Below, in pieces: positions 9,954 to 18,738 of a stretch of 32,000 bases of DNA. Within the stretch, counting starts at the first letter, position 1; each line of letters opens with the position of its first letter. The DNA is from Candidatus Saccharimonas aalborgensis (GTDB taxonomy: Bacteria > Patescibacteriota > Saccharimonadia > Saccharimonadales > Saccharimonadaceae): NCBI RefSeq assembly GCF_000392435.1, contig NC_021219.1, positions 390,001-422,000 of the forward strand. Reading direction: 5' to 3'. The translations under genes were made by a program, and so were the position numbers. The notes below the pieces were generated by a model. That model saw only the letters and a list, made by a program, of their open reading frames with translations, ran no database searches and had not been told where the DNA came from.

Positions 9954-10967
9954 CTACACGTTCGTGGCGTGAGGTGGGTTATTGTTTGAACCCGCGCTAC
10001 GTTCGGCGACCACCCGCAAGTCATCATGCCGATCAAATTCGTCGACAATTTTGCGACCGATCAATGCTTCAATCACATCTTCGAGCGTCAGTATACCAGC
10101 AGTTTCGCGGTAGCCATTCACGACGATGAAAAGATGTCTACGTGTTTTTATAAACGCAGCGAGAGCATGCTTGAGAGTCTGATCCTGGTTGATATAAAAT
10201 ACGTGGTTATCCATAAGCTGCGAGGCCTTCTTTGAGTCCTTGCTATGGAGTGTTAGTAGATCTTGTATATGGAGAACGCCGATGACATGATCGATATCCA
10301 CATCGGTAACAGGGAACCGACTATGTCCGGTCTTGTGAAGTTCGCTCAGCACGAGCGGTCCAATGATTTCACTCCCCTTTATGCTCTCAATCACTCCGCG
10401 CGGCGTCATCACTTCCTCCACCTTTTTGTCTTCAAAGTGGAGACTTGTCACAATCAATTTCTTTTCATCTTCGCTCAGTATACCTACTGACGAAGTCACC
10501 AGATGCTCTATTTCCTCACGCGAGCTTGGAACACCTGGTGGGGTATCATCAGTGACCGATCGTATCATGCGTCCGACATTTGGATTATGCTCTACGAAGC
10601 GTAAGAATCGCGGTTCAAGCTGCTCATAGAGACGATTCGCGATATCGTGTACCTGATCGATACGACTAATGCGTCCGTAGCTTAGTGCAATGAATGTGCC
10701 AAATAGCACACCGAATAACAGGTCGAATGCCATTGTCCCGATAACAACGACAAGAACAAGTGTAACCGCCTCCATTACTCGCTTGAGCGCTACTACGTCC
10801 TCAAGTAATACCTCTCTGTGGAGCTCCTCGCCGGCACTTGTATTGCCTGCAGCTTTTCGCCGCTGAAGTTCATATGAAGAAAGCATGCTGCGCCGAGGTA
10901 ATGCCGCCGCTACTAAAATGAGGAAGGCGGTTACAATCAACAATATGATGATAAAAAACGTCTGCAT
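9954..10967 (-). CDS. Membrane protein with paired CBS domains (CorC/TlyC/CNNM-like)
   Basis: 337 aa; N-terminal TM segments and VEEVMTPRGVIESI...GVLHIQDLLTLH...GILTLEDVIEALIGRKIVDEFD. Confidence 0.82.
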   Translation of the reverse strand: MQTFFIIILLIVTAFLILVAAALPRRSMLSSYELQRRKAAGNTSAGEELHREVLLEDVVALKRVMEAVTLVLVVVIGTMAFDLLFGVLFGTFIALSYGRISRIDQVHDIANRLYEQLEPRFLRFVEHNPNVGRMIRSVTDDTPPGVPSSREEIEHLVTSSVGILSEDEKKLIVTSLHFEDKKVEEVMTPRGVIESIKGSEIIGPLVLSELHKTGHSRFPVTDVDIDHVIGVLHIQDLLTLHSKDSKKASQLMDNHVFYINQDQTLKHALAAFIKTRRHLFIVVNGYRETAGILTLEDVIEALIGRKIVDEFDRHDDLRVVAERSAGSNNNPPHATNV

Positions 10968-11056
10968 AATTAGTATTGTATCGTACTGAGGCTTGCTTCG
11001 CTACGAGACTCAGCGCTATACTAAGAAAGATAAGAGCATAAGGAGTTTTTCTGATT

Positions 11057-11803
11057 ATGACGACAAAAAGCTGGATCATATTTTCTGTTCTGTGCATAGC
11101 AATCTTGGGGGGACTTATCTGGGTATCACGAGGCGACCGTATCGATGTCACTGATATCGATCCGACGGTAGTCCAAATTGCATCAAACAAAAATGGTCAA
11201 ATCGCCGACCATACCTATGGAAATATGAATAGCAAAGTGGTGCTGATTGAGTATGGCGACTACCAGTGTCCGGGCTGCGGGTCAGCTGCACCTGTCATAA
11301 AAAAAGTCGTTGATAAATATAAAGACAAGATTGGATTTGTATTCCGGAACTTCCCCCTGTACGAAAAACACCCTAATGCCTTTGCTGCGTCAGCCACTGC
11401 CGAGGCGGCAGGACTCCAGGGAAAATATTGGGAAATGCACGAAAAGCTCTATGCAAACCAAGACGCTTGGAGTCAGCTTTCGGGGGTAGATCGTACTAAT
11501 TATTTCGCATCCCTTGCTGATCAGATCGGCCTCAAAGGCAGTGATCTTACATCGCGTCTTGACGATGCTTCGATCAAGAAGAAGATCGACTTCGATACAG
11601 CACTTGGCAAAAAAGCGGGGATTACTGGCACCCCCTCGTTTTATCTCAATGGAAAAGAAGTTGGCAATCAGGATGTCAAAGATGGTAAGCTGATCCCTTC
11701 TGATAATGACACCACGACACCTCCGGTTTGGAGCGATGAAACCGCCTTTGAGACGCTCGTACTCAACCCCGTTCTCCAGCAAAATGGTGTCTCACTCCCG
11801 TAA
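11057..11803 (+). CDS. DsbA-family thiol:disulfide oxidoreductase, membrane-anchored
   Basis: 248 aa; N-terminal TM, active site DYQCPGCGSAAP, GITGTPSFYLNGKEVG. Confidence 0.9.
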   Translation: MTTKSWIIFSVLCIAILGGLIWVSRGDRIDVTDIDPTVVQIASNKNGQIADHTYGNMNSKVVLIEYGDYQCPGCGSAAPVIKKVVDKYKDKIGFVFRNFPLYEKHPNAFAASATAEAAGLQGKYWEMHEKLYANQDAWSQLSGVDRTNYFASLADQIGLKGSDLTSRLDDASIKKKIDFDTALGKKAGITGTPSFYLNGKEVGNQDVKDGKLIPSDNDTTTPPVWSDETAFETLVLNPVLQQNGVSLP

Positions 11804-11820
11804 TTAACTGTACAAAAACA

Positions 11821-11852
11821 AAAAAACACCCCGGTGCCTTGGGGTGTTTTTT
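11821..11852. terminator. Bidirectional intrinsic terminator
   Basis: AAAAAACACCCC-ggtgcctt-GGGGTGTTTTTT, perfect 12-bp inverted repeat between the dsbA-like gene and a minus-strand micro-ORF. Confidence 0.9.
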
Positions 11853-11873
11853 ATTTGTTAGCGTACACGCTAT

Positions 11874-11966
11874 TTATTGTGCGATATACAGCTGCCACTT
11901 GGCAGGCACCACATCCACCGCGATCTTTTTGCCCCGACTGGGTGCAAATTCGATTGCTATTGGCAT
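11874..11966 (-). CDS. Putative 30-aa microprotein (MPIAIEFAPSRGKKIAVDVVPAKWQLYIAQ)
   Basis: Not in the ORF track; ATG at 11966 preceded by AAGGAG with 9-nt spacing (AAGGAGTAAAAAACACATG); terminator follows. Confidence 0.4.
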   Translation of the reverse strand: MPIAIEFAPSRGKKIAVDVVPAKWQLYIAQ

Positions 11967-12144
11967 GTGTTTTTTACTCCTTGTACTCTACCGTACAAAT
12001 CTCGTCACCTCGTTTAACGAAAGCACATTCGACCTTTACAATTACTGTTATTTGTTTCAGGTGCTTTTTTGAGGTGCTTGACCATCGTAACAACCTGCCT
12101 GCTCGGAGGCAAGCATGGCCGTTTTCAAAAAACCACCCACCTCT

Positions 12145-13827
12145 TTAGTCTGCTGGTGTAGCTTTTACATCGCCACGTAGCTGGCGCTCACGGACAAAGG
12201 AAACGAGGATGAGACCAAGTGCCATAAGTGCAGCGCTAACCATAAAGATTCGGTGGAGAGATGAGGTAAATGCATCGATAATGGTTCGACTGAAATCATC
12301 TTGTTGTTCAATAAATTGCTGTGAAGCTTTTGCACGAACCTCGGGCATCGGAATTTTTTGGAATCCCTGTTCTGCGCCATCACGAATTGTTTGCTTCTGT
12401 GTATTGAGCTGGAGGAGTGTATCAGCGGTGATGTCGTCCTGCAAAAACGTTGATGCGGCAGGCGATTTTTTGAGTGTCTGTATATAGGCCAGGTCATCCG
12501 GATGACCTACTGCTGATATGATACCGGCCGTCAAAATGCCGCTCATAAACGCCGTACCGACTGTCGAGCCGAGCCCACGAAACAACTGGACACTCGAGGT
12601 CGCGGCACCTAAATCTTTTTGTTCAAATTCATTTTGGACAGCAAGATTTAATATCGGCATGGCCATACCCATACCAATCCCAATAAACACCATACTCACT
12701 GCCTCGTGCCAATAGGGACTGTCGGGCTGAAGCGTTACAAGCGATAGAATACTAAGCGTTGCGATAACAAAACCAGCTACAATGAAAGCTTTGTAACGAC
12801 CAGTACGTGAAACTATTTGGCCGATAGCGATTGACGCCACCATTAGACCCCCCACCATAGGGAGCAGCATAAGTCCTGATTGCGATGGAGTGGCAGCAAA
12901 AACCTGTTGATTAAACTGGGTCAAATATAGTATGGCTCCAAGGAACGCCGCTCCAAATAGTAGAATGACGCTGCTCATCAGGGCGTAGGTACGATTCTTG
13001 AAAAATCGCAGCGGTAATATTGGTTCTTTTGCTCGCCGCTCAGTGGCAATAAATAGAGCTGCGAAGACGACAGCGGTTAACCAGAGTACCGTTTTTACGA
13101 CCCCTACAGTTAGTATGTCATTGATAATATTTGCAAATACCATCTCTGTGTTATCGACCGCTAGAACGATTGATGCTAGGGCGACCGATATGAAAGCTGC
13201 GCCAAGATAATCGGGACGATGCCTACTGCCAGAGCGAATCGTCGGCAGGTGAGTGGCAATCATATAGAGCGCAACGATACCTACTGGTACGTTTATCCAA
13301 AAAGTCCAACGCCAGTCCGTTACTGCGCCGAAGATGTGCTGACCGTCAGTCAGCCAACCACCAAGAAGCGGCCCAATTACACTACTCATACCAAAGACTG
13401 CACCGATCATACCCTGCCACTTGCCTCTTTCTCGCGGCTTAAACAAGTCTCCGATAATGGTAAAGGCATTGGCGGTGATGATGCCACCACCAATTCCCTG
13501 CAAGGCACGCCAGGCAATCAACCATCCCATAGAGGGAGAGAAGCCAGCAAGCAGCGAGCCCACCGTAAACACTGAGGCGCCTATCAAAAGCATAATACGA
13601 CGCCCGTACATATCAGATAACTTACCAGCGATCGGCACGGTCATAGTGGTCGTCAACATATAGGCGGTAACTACAAACCCAAGGCTCGAGAAACTATCAA
13701 ACTCTTTAACAATTGCACCAAGTGCTGTTGCAACGATCGTCTGATCAAGTGCTACAAGCAACAGTGAGCTCATAACAGCGATCATGACGATTATTTTATC
13801 CCGGGTTGTGAAATGCTGCATCGACAT
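12145..13827 (-). CDS. MFS drug exporter, DHA2/EmrB-QacA type
   Basis: 560 aa, 14-TM pattern; LDQTIVATALGAI, GKLSDMYGRRIMLLIG, ALQGIGGGII. Confidence 0.9.
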   Translation of the reverse strand: MSMQHFTTRDKIIVMIAVMSSLLLVALDQTIVATALGAIVKEFDSFSSLGFVVTAYMLTTTMTVPIAGKLSDMYGRRIMLLIGASVFTVGSLLAGFSPSMGWLIAWRALQGIGGGIITANAFTIIGDLFKPRERGKWQGMIGAVFGMSSVIGPLLGGWLTDGQHIFGAVTDWRWTFWINVPVGIVALYMIATHLPTIRSGSRHRPDYLGAAFISVALASIVLAVDNTEMVFANIINDILTVGVVKTVLWLTAVVFAALFIATERRAKEPILPLRFFKNRTYALMSSVILLFGAAFLGAILYLTQFNQQVFAATPSQSGLMLLPMVGGLMVASIAIGQIVSRTGRYKAFIVAGFVIATLSILSLVTLQPDSPYWHEAVSMVFIGIGMGMAMPILNLAVQNEFEQKDLGAATSSVQLFRGLGSTVGTAFMSGILTAGIISAVGHPDDLAYIQTLKKSPAASTFLQDDITADTLLQLNTQKQTIRDGAEQGFQKIPMPEVRAKASQQFIEQQDDFSRTIIDAFTSSLHRIFMVSAALMALGLILVSFVRERQLRGDVKATPAD

Positions 13828-13832
13828 ACTGA

Positions 13833-14075
13833 CTACTTTTTGACTCCTCGTTTTGCTTTGAATTCTGTGAACTGTTCACCCATCTCAATGACATATTGTT
13901 GTGCTTGCTGCTCGGTGACAAATGCAACCGACTTCTTTTCTTCGAGGTAGAGCGCGATCAACTTATCGCCCGGCACAATTGCCATGCTCTCTCGAACATC
14001 AGAAGGAATAACGACCTGTCCTTTGGGACCAACGGTAACTACGCCTGCAAGATGGATACGTTTGTGATATGACAT
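13833..14075 (-). CDS. AbrB/SpoVT-type DNA-binding protein
   Basis: 80 aa; VTVGPKGQVVIPSDVRESMAIVPGDKLI; 5 nt upstream of the MFS exporter. Confidence 0.85.
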   Translation of the reverse strand: MSYHKRIHLAGVVTVGPKGQVVIPSDVRESMAIVPGDKLIALYLEEKKSVAFVTEQQAQQYVIEMGEQFTEFKAKRGVKK

Positions 14076-14096
14076 GTATTATATGTTATACAAGTA

Positions 14097-14858
14097 TTAC
14101 TTACGAATCAAGGGTTTCTGGTATTGCTCAAGCCGTCGCGAGAACGCACGGCCGACCGACGAATAGAACAAAAGACTTAGTAGTGTTACCCAGCCAAGCG
14201 CCACGAGCCACCCAGCGATGATATCGGTAGGATAATGAACACCGAGATATAGCCGTGAGTAACTCACAAAAAGGCTATAGATGCCCATCACACTAACTGC
14301 CCACCATCGCCACCGCGAGTCCCACAGTGCTACGCAGACTGCAAGTGAGAGTGCGACGGCAACTGTTGCATGAGCACTCGGAAACGAATGGCCTGTTTCA
14401 TGGACAAGCTGCATCCAGAGGTCAGGCCGGTCACGCATGAAGATGCTCTTGAATACAATATCGAGTACCAGCGCACCACTGACATTAAACAATATGATGC
14501 ATGCCCGCCTATACTCATTTTTGTAGACAAATAATCCTGCAGTTACGAGAGCCAGGACACAGACAATGAGTGGCGCACCAATGTCGGTCAATATCGGCAT
14601 GCCGACGTCTAAGAAGTGGTTCGCGCCGCTATGAATACTCGTCAGCACCTGCCGGTCCCACACCAGCGTCTCTTTCTCCTGAACCTCACGTGCTACCTTA
14701 GCAAAAAGTACTGCTGCTGCTACAAAAAGGGAGAGTAAGATAACAAACCATGATGAAAAACGAAATTGGATGTCATGCTGCTTGATATACTGGACTATCG
14801 TACGCTTCTTTGGATGTTGTCTTGCTGCTTGCTTCATCTTTTTTAGTATATCGCGCAA
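14097..14858 (-). CDS. PAP2-family phosphatase
   Basis: 253 aa; KSIFMRDRPD, PSAHATVAVAL, SRLYLGVHYPTDIIAGW. Confidence 0.9.
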   Translation of the reverse strand: MRDILKKMKQAARQHPKKRTIVQYIKQHDIQFRFSSWFVILLSLFVAAAVLFAKVAREVQEKETLVWDRQVLTSIHSGANHFLDVGMPILTDIGAPLIVCVLALVTAGLFVYKNEYRRACIILFNVSGALVLDIVFKSIFMRDRPDLWMQLVHETGHSFPSAHATVAVALSLAVCVALWDSRWRWWAVSVMGIYSLFVSYSRLYLGVHYPTDIIAGWLVALGWVTLLSLLFYSSVGRAFSRRLEQYQKPLIRK

Positions 14859-14888
14859 CTAGTTGGTTTGCTATACTAGGACTACCCT

Positions 14889-15923
14889 ATGCATCGATCA
14901 CACCCTTTAAGAATATTCGCTTTTTCGGCTATCGCCTCACTTGCATTGGCATGGTTCGTCGGAGCGCGCCTTGGGTCTGAAGCACTGTGGCTTTTTGCTA
15001 TTCTCGTCATCCTCGAGGTTACCTTCAGCTTCGATAACGCTGTCATTAACAGCAAAATACTTGAGCGGATGTCGCCCTATTGGCAACAACTTTTTTTGAC
15101 GGTTGGTATCTTTTTTGCCGTATTTATCGTGCGATTTGTCCTTCCTATCATCATTGTGATGCTCTCGGCAGGACTCAGCTTTATGAGCGTCTACGACTTA
15201 GCGATCAATCATCCCGAAGAATACGCTCATACGCTTCACCAAGCAGCCCCAATGATCAACGCTTTCGGTGGAACATTTCTGATGATGATTGGAGTAAATT
15301 ATTTCCTTGACCGAAAAAAAGATGTGCACTGGCTGGGCCGAATCGAACAGTGGCTATCGCGCTTTGGGCAGTACGAGACATTCAAGGTTCTCATCATGCT
15401 CAGTACGGCTCTTGGTCTCTATTACACGGTAGACCAGCGCTACCAAACAACGGTTCTGGTTGCGTCTATTGTCGGCACGATGTTACATATCGCCCTTGAT
15501 CTTTTTGGACGCTATTTCTCACATAAACAATCAGGCACGACCAAGCTAGTGGGTATGGCGGCCTTTGCTTCGTTCGTATACCTCAATGTTCTCGATGCTT
15601 CATTTTCGCTGGACGGAGTTATCGGTGCTTTTGCTATTACAAATGATGTGCTCTTGATCATGGCTGGATTAGGCGCGGGAGCTCTGTGGGTGCGTTCTCT
15701 CACAATCTACTTAGTGCGTGCTAAAGCTCTCGGCAAGTACCAATACCTCGAACATGGGGCACACTGGGCTATTCTGGCACTTGGTATCATAATGTTCGTC
15801 AAACTTTATCATATCGAACCCCCCGAATGGTTGACAGGCTCAATCGGACTTATCTTTATCGGAACTGCTGTATTCTCAAGCATCATGGAGCGAAGACGAG
15901 AAAGCACTTCTTGCTTGGCATAA
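14889..15923 (+). CDS. DUF475/TerC-like integral membrane protein
   Basis: 344 aa; EVTFSFDNAVINSKIL and later VLDASFSLDGVIGAFAI. Confidence 0.82.
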   Translation: MHRSHPLRIFAFSAIASLALAWFVGARLGSEALWLFAILVILEVTFSFDNAVINSKILERMSPYWQQLFLTVGIFFAVFIVRFVLPIIIVMLSAGLSFMSVYDLAINHPEEYAHTLHQAAPMINAFGGTFLMMIGVNYFLDRKKDVHWLGRIEQWLSRFGQYETFKVLIMLSTALGLYYTVDQRYQTTVLVASIVGTMLHIALDLFGRYFSHKQSGTTKLVGMAAFASFVYLNVLDASFSLDGVIGAFAITNDVLLIMAGLGAGALWVRSLTIYLVRAKALGKYQYLEHGAHWAILALGIIMFVKLYHIEPPEWLTGSIGLIFIGTAVFSSIMERRRESTSCLA

Positions 15924-15959
15924 CTAGTAAAAACTAGAAACAATATGTCAATCGTATAG

Positions 15960-16943
15960 CTATGCCTTGAGAAGTGCCAGGGTGACATGAAAGGCAGATC
16001 CCTTGCCTACCTCACTTGTCACCGATAGCTTGCCACCATGAGCTTGAACTAATTTCTTTGCAATTGATAACCCCAACCCATATCCAGTTGTTTGACTTCG
16101 AGACTCATCAGCCCGATAAAATCGTGTAAACAGGTGGCGCTGTGTCTCGGCGCTCATGCCCATCCCCTCATCCCGTACCGTGATTGTAAGATTTCTACCA
16201 CGCTGCGTGCTGGTGAGCCACACAGTTGAGGCGTTGGGGCTGTACTTTATGGCATTATCAAGAAAGATAGTCAGTAATTGCACCAATGCTTGGTGATTGC
16301 CCCGAACTATTACTTGCGGTATCTCATTAATAATAGCGATACCTTTCTCAAGCGCTTGGTTAACAACAGTCGTTACAGCATCGTCTACCGCCCGAACAAG
16401 CTCAACGTGATGTCTGTATTGATCAGCATCTTCTTCCTTCAGTAAGCCAAGCATTGAGTTTGTAAGGTGCTGAAGTCGCACCACGTCCTCGATATTTTCA
16501 GCTATCACTTTTTTTGCTTCCTTGAGCGTAAGTTTGGGATTTCTGAGAGCAACTTCATTTGCTGTTGCTAGCGCTGTCAGCGGTGTACGAAGCTCATGGC
16601 TGGCATCGCTGACAAAGCGTAGCTGCGCCTCCATATTGTCTTCAATCGGCCTGAGAGAACGTTCGGCAAGCAAGTAACTCAGCAGCCCGCCGATAATGAA
16701 CGTTATCACATTGATGCTCAGTAGTTGCGCACTGAGTGATTGACGAGCACTTGCAGTTCGCTCGTCAAAAAACGCTTCTATATCTCCATCTCTTTCGGGC
16801 AGAGGAGCCGCTGAGCGCGGACGACGATCAAACTCATGAAGTGACGTCGTATAAAAAACAATACTAAAGCCGACACTCATCACCATAATGATGGTCAGAT
16901 AGGTCGCAGCAAGGCGCACTACATCTTTTTTTAAGTGCTTCAT
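15960..16943 (-). CDS. Membrane sensor histidine kinase
   Basis: 327 aa; H-box VSDASHELRTPLTAL, N-box LDNAIKYSP, GYGLGLSIAKKLVQAHGG. Confidence 0.92.
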   Translation of the reverse strand: MKHLKKDVVRLAATYLTIIMVMSVGFSIVFYTTSLHEFDRRPRSAAPLPERDGDIEAFFDERTASARQSLSAQLLSINVITFIIGGLLSYLLAERSLRPIEDNMEAQLRFVSDASHELRTPLTALATANEVALRNPKLTLKEAKKVIAENIEDVVRLQHLTNSMLGLLKEEDADQYRHHVELVRAVDDAVTTVVNQALEKGIAIINEIPQVIVRGNHQALVQLLTIFLDNAIKYSPNASTVWLTSTQRGRNLTITVRDEGMGMSAETQRHLFTRFYRADESRSQTTGYGLGLSIAKKLVQAHGGKLSVTSEVGKGSAFHVTLALLKA

Positions 16944-17620
16944 CTCGGGTCCTTAATGATGTATCCAAAGCCCCTTACCGTATGGATGAGAGCGGGTGAT
17001 GGGAGAAATGGTCGATCAATCTTCGCGCGTAAGTAGTTGATAAATACTTCTACATTGTTGGGGAGTATGGTGGAATCAAAGTCCCACACATGTGTCATGA
17101 TTGATTGTTTACTGACAATTCGGTTTTTGTTTCTCATCAGGTACTCGAGAATTGCGAACTCTTTTGCCGACAGACTAAGTGGTTGTTTTGTCCGAGACAC
17201 CGTACGATTAACGCTATCGAGAAGGAGATCATCTACCTCGAGAATATTGGCAATTGCCTCCTGTGGACGGCGTAGCAGGGCCCGGATGCGAGCGGTGAGA
17301 ACATCAAACGAAAACGGCTTGGCAAGATAATCATCGGCACCACTATCGAGACCCTTGACGATATCCCTGCCTTGGTCCTTAGCGGTGAGCATAATAATTG
17401 GTGTTTTACAGCCGTCGCTTCGTAACTTTTGCGTCACTTCATAACCATTCATTTCAGGCATCATGACATCGAGGATGATAACGTCGTAGTCATCGGCGCG
17501 GGCGGCATTGTAGCCATCCTCGCCGTCAAAGGCGAGGTCAACCGCGTAACCATCTTGTTCAAGCCCCTGCTTGATGGCTCTGGCGATACGCATTTCGTCG
17601 TCGACGACAAGAATCTTCAT
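16940..17620 (-). CDS. OmpR-family response regulator
   Basis: Likely start ATG at 17620 (MKILVVDDEMRIARAIKQG); VIILDVMMPEMNG and a C-terminal winged helix; overlaps the kinase by 4 nt. Confidence 0.92.
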   Translation of the reverse strand: MKILVVDDEMRIARAIKQGLEQDGYAVDLAFDGEDGYNAARADDYDVIILDVMMPEMNGYEVTQKLRSDGCKTPIIMLTAKDQGRDIVKGLDSGADDYLAKPFSFDVLTARIRALLRRPQEAIANILEVDDLLLDSVNRTVSRTKQPLSLSAKEFAILEYLMRNKNRIVSKQSIMTHVWDFDSTILPNNVEVFINYLRAKIDRPFLPSPALIHTVRGFGYIIKDPR

Positions 17621-17628
17621 AGACTCTA

Positions 17629-17898
17629 TTATACCGCCCGTACCATAGACTGCATCTCCGGCCATAGATAATGAACGAGTCGAGTTCCTCTCACGCTTGT
17701 CTTTACCCACCAGCTACCATAGGAGTTCTGGATAGTAATGAGTCCTTTTCGTTTGAGATGAGACAGGAGAAGCGCGACCCGTTGACGACTCATGCGAAGG
17801 GACTGCGCCAACCCCATTACGTCATCTTCGCCATTTTCGCTGATTTGTTGCAGTATGATTGCTTCGTCGTTTGAGAGAGTTATCGTGCTCTTTTTCAT
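17629..17898 (-). CDS. Small winged-helix DNA-binding protein (MarR-like)
   Basis: 89 aa; LSNDEAIILQQISENGEDDVMGLAQSLRMSRQRVALLLSHLKRKGLITI; GGAG RBS; upstream of the two-component genes. Confidence 0.65.
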   Translation of the reverse strand: MKKSTITLSNDEAIILQQISENGEDDVMGLAQSLRMSRQRVALLLSHLKRKGLITIQNSYGSWWVKTSVRGTRLVHYLWPEMQSMVRAV

Positions 17899-18063
17899 GA
17901 GGCTTCTCCTTTTTTATTACTCTGTCATTATAGTAATGAAAAGCTTAGAAAGACCTTAACACTCTCTTTGATAAGAGTTACCCTTCACATACCAACGTCT
18001 TGTATAGGCGAAATGAAGTTTGAAGGAAATGCTGGCACATACTGACAGGGAATAGGAATAGCT

Positions 18064-18591
18064 TTAATACGTACTATACGGCCAAGGACCATAGTATGAG
18101 TCAGATGGTTTACAGCCGCTAGCTAAGGCTGCAATATAGCCAGAATGGTATATACTTGATGTGTCGTTAACCTTGCTTGAAGCATAGAAACACATGATAC
18201 TCCACGTTTCTCTTCCTACTATTCCGTCAACCTTCTTGGCACAACCAACTGATCGCTGAATATCCTCAATCTTCTTTTTCGTAATGGGCCCAAAGCTACC
18301 GTCATTTGAGATAAAATTAATGGACATTTGCTGAGGTACTCCATTGTTGTATCCACTACAAGCCCAACCTCCTCCCCAGTTTTTAGTAATTGCATTTGCC
18401 ATATATTGGAGATTTTTTACACATTGCCCCGAGCGGATATAACCATAGCCATACACTCCATATATACACTGTGTGGCAGCAGAAGCCTGTCCGTTAGGTA
18501 AAACTATTTGGAATAGAGTTGACACTATAAATGCGAAACCCACGAATGATATGGCTGATCTTTTTATTAAACTCATTTGAACACCTTCCAT
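18064..18591 (-). CDS. Secreted peptidoglycan-binding-like protein (PG_binding_1 type)
   Basis: 175 aa; signal peptide ending ASAA; GSFGPITKKKIEDIQRSVGCAKKVDGIVGRETW; six cysteines in the mature region. Confidence 0.75.
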   Translation of the reverse strand: MEGVQMSLIKRSAISFVGFAFIVSTLFQIVLPNGQASAATQCIYGVYGYGYIRSGQCVKNLQYMANAITKNWGGGWACSGYNNGVPQQMSINFISNDGSFGPITKKKIEDIQRSVGCAKKVDGIVGRETWSIMCFYASSKVNDTSSIYHSGYIAALASGCKPSDSYYGPWPYSTY

Positions 18592-18738
18592 AGGTTATAT
18601 TGTACTATTCGATATTTATCTTAGCATTAATAACTCATGGACACAAATTATGAATACAAAAGTCGTCCAAGTAAGCTGCAAGCAGTGAATTGCTTAACCA
18701 ATATATTTTAGTGCTGATAGGTAGAACAGGTTACAAAA

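Noticed and set aside
11834-12148. Plus-strand ORFs 11834..12148 and 11839..12072
   Set aside because: They start inside the intrinsic terminator hairpin, have no RBS, and the translation looks unstructured.
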